A stretch of DNA of 64,000 bases from Lingula anatina (Eukaryota; Animalia; Brachiopoda): assembly GCA_051362555.1 (NCBI GenBank), contig CM120641.1, positions 10,416,001-10,480,000 on the forward strand, written 5' to 3'. Below are positions 62,599 through 64,000 of the stretch, piece by piece; within the stretch, counting starts at the first letter, position 1; each line of letters starts with the position of its first letter. The notes below the pieces were generated by a model that did no database searches, had not been told where the DNA came from, and saw only the letters and a program-made list of their open reading frames with translations. A program made the translations under genes and the position numbers.

Positions 62599-62693
62599 CA
62601 TCACGTGCAATACACAAAATGAAAATTAATCATAAATGCAATTATAAATGCATCACGTGCAATACACAAAATGAAAATTAATCATAAATGCAT
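62599..62693. repeat. Tandem duplication with 52-bp period
   Basis: CATCACGTGCAATACACAAAATGAAAATTAATCATAAATGCA at 62599 and 62651. Confidence 0.92.
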
Positions 62694-63270
62694 TGCCCTT
62701 AAGGCAATAAAAATTTACAAAGAAATGTAATTTTACTTAAAGTGATATTTTCTCATTTCTTATCTGAAATCAAACTGTAAAAGAAAAAAAAAATGCACCC
62801 TAGATTATTTGCCTTTTAATCTTGTCTTAACTTCCATTTTAGAGTAATTTTTGTTGCTATACTATTTCTTATTTTTATGATAAACAAAGAAACGTGTTTA
62901 ACTGCTTTTACTGCATCTTTTCAGAAAACAAAACTAGCGTGAATGAGCTTTGCTGATTGGTAGATCTTTTCCACTAGGTGAAACAAAAGTAAGTATGGCA
63001 AGGAATAATAATGTGAAGTCAGTATAAGGTAAATTAATGGTGCAATAAAGTGGCATCATTGTATGAAATATTTTGAAATACATATTGTCCTTCCTAGACA
63101 GCGTGAATATCATAGTAGTAAATGCTTTGCCCTGTGGGAATGTTTGTTTGCTTTGTTTTTCCATTCGGTGTTTAACAGTGAATACATGTGACTATTGATC
63201 AAGGAAGTTGAATGTCATCTTTGTGAAAAAAAGGGTTATGAAAACAAGGAAATTCAAGAAAATCTATTTC

Positions 63271-63688
63271 TTTTTGAGAAAGGAAATTAGTCAGCATCAT
63301 GAGATTTTTTTTTTATTGCTATACCACAGGGTACATACTAGCTGGATTTTTCCAATTCTGCAGGGGATTCCTGCTAAAGTGCAATCGGTGGAATCAGTTT
63401 AATCAGCACACATTATTTAATTACCCCCTAGCCGCTGGAGGAGCTTTTTGAGAAAAGAAATTAGTCAGAATCATGAGACCCTTTCTTTTTTTTTGCTATA
63501 TCATGGGCACATTCATATTCACACATCTTACAAGCTGGATTGGTCCAACTCTGCAGGGGATTCTTGCTAAAGTGCAGTCAAATATAAATCAGCACACAAT
63601 ATTTAATTACCTCCAAGCTGCTGGAGGAGGCAATGCATGTTAGACAATTAAGCTGATTCCACTGATTGCACTTTGATGAGAATCCCAG
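63271..63688. repeat. Tandem duplication of about 175 bp followed by an inverted partial copy
   Basis: TTTTTGAGAAA.GAAATTAGTCAG at about 63271 and 63445; 63647-63687 is the reverse complement of 63363-63402. Confidence 0.8.
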
Positions 63689-64000
63689 GCCAATTTGGGC
63701 AGACACTGCACTAAAATGTGTGAATCTGAATGTGGTCAAAGATACAAGAGATGTTAGTCATGCTAAAATCACTGACATTTTGCCAGGATGTGTTAATATT
63801 GAAGGTTGCTGTCTGTGTCACTTTGTAAATAATTAATAGAATATCTAACTGTTGAACCAAGTTAGGGGTACTTAATGTACAAATAGTTTATTGTTATTAT
63901 TAACTGCATTTTACATATTTTGATTATATCGATTTCTTTGGTTTCTCTGTAAAAAAAGTATTCTTCTCAGTTATCTTAGATTCTGTGGATTCACTGCACA

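Overview
AT-rich, intron-rich eukaryotic genomic DNA from an invertebrate animal. Lophotrochozoan/mollusc is inferred from the repeat types and is not proven. Two complete minus-strand genes were reconstructed by hand with GT-AG junctions in consistent phase. (1) A SIPA1L/SPAR-family Rap GTPase-activating protein: 25 coding exons, 41211->4282, about 1682 aa, RapGAP + PDZ + SPAR_C + C-terminal coiled coil, with candidate non-coding first exons near 53.3 kb and 46.5 kb. (2) A KLHDC1/2-family kelch-repeat CRL2 substrate receptor: 10 exons, 60087->54859, 399 aa. Introns and flanks carry non-autonomous DNA transposons (Helentron-associated HINE-like, PIF/Harbinger-like, hAT-like and a long-TIR foldback), local tandem duplications and microsatellites. 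Best leads: a second, paralogous terminal coiled-coil exon of SIPA1L at 4557-4706; a C-terminal CaaX box (CVLS) on the KLHDC2-like protein; a TATA/CCAAT internal promoter with an in-frame 7-codon first exon that would give a GAP-less SIPA1L isoform; a possible divergent spliced transcript upstream of KLHDC2; and a pre-miRNA-sized intronic hairpin. No rRNA, tRNA, CRISPR or prokaryotic system was seen, and most short ORFs in the track are spurious.
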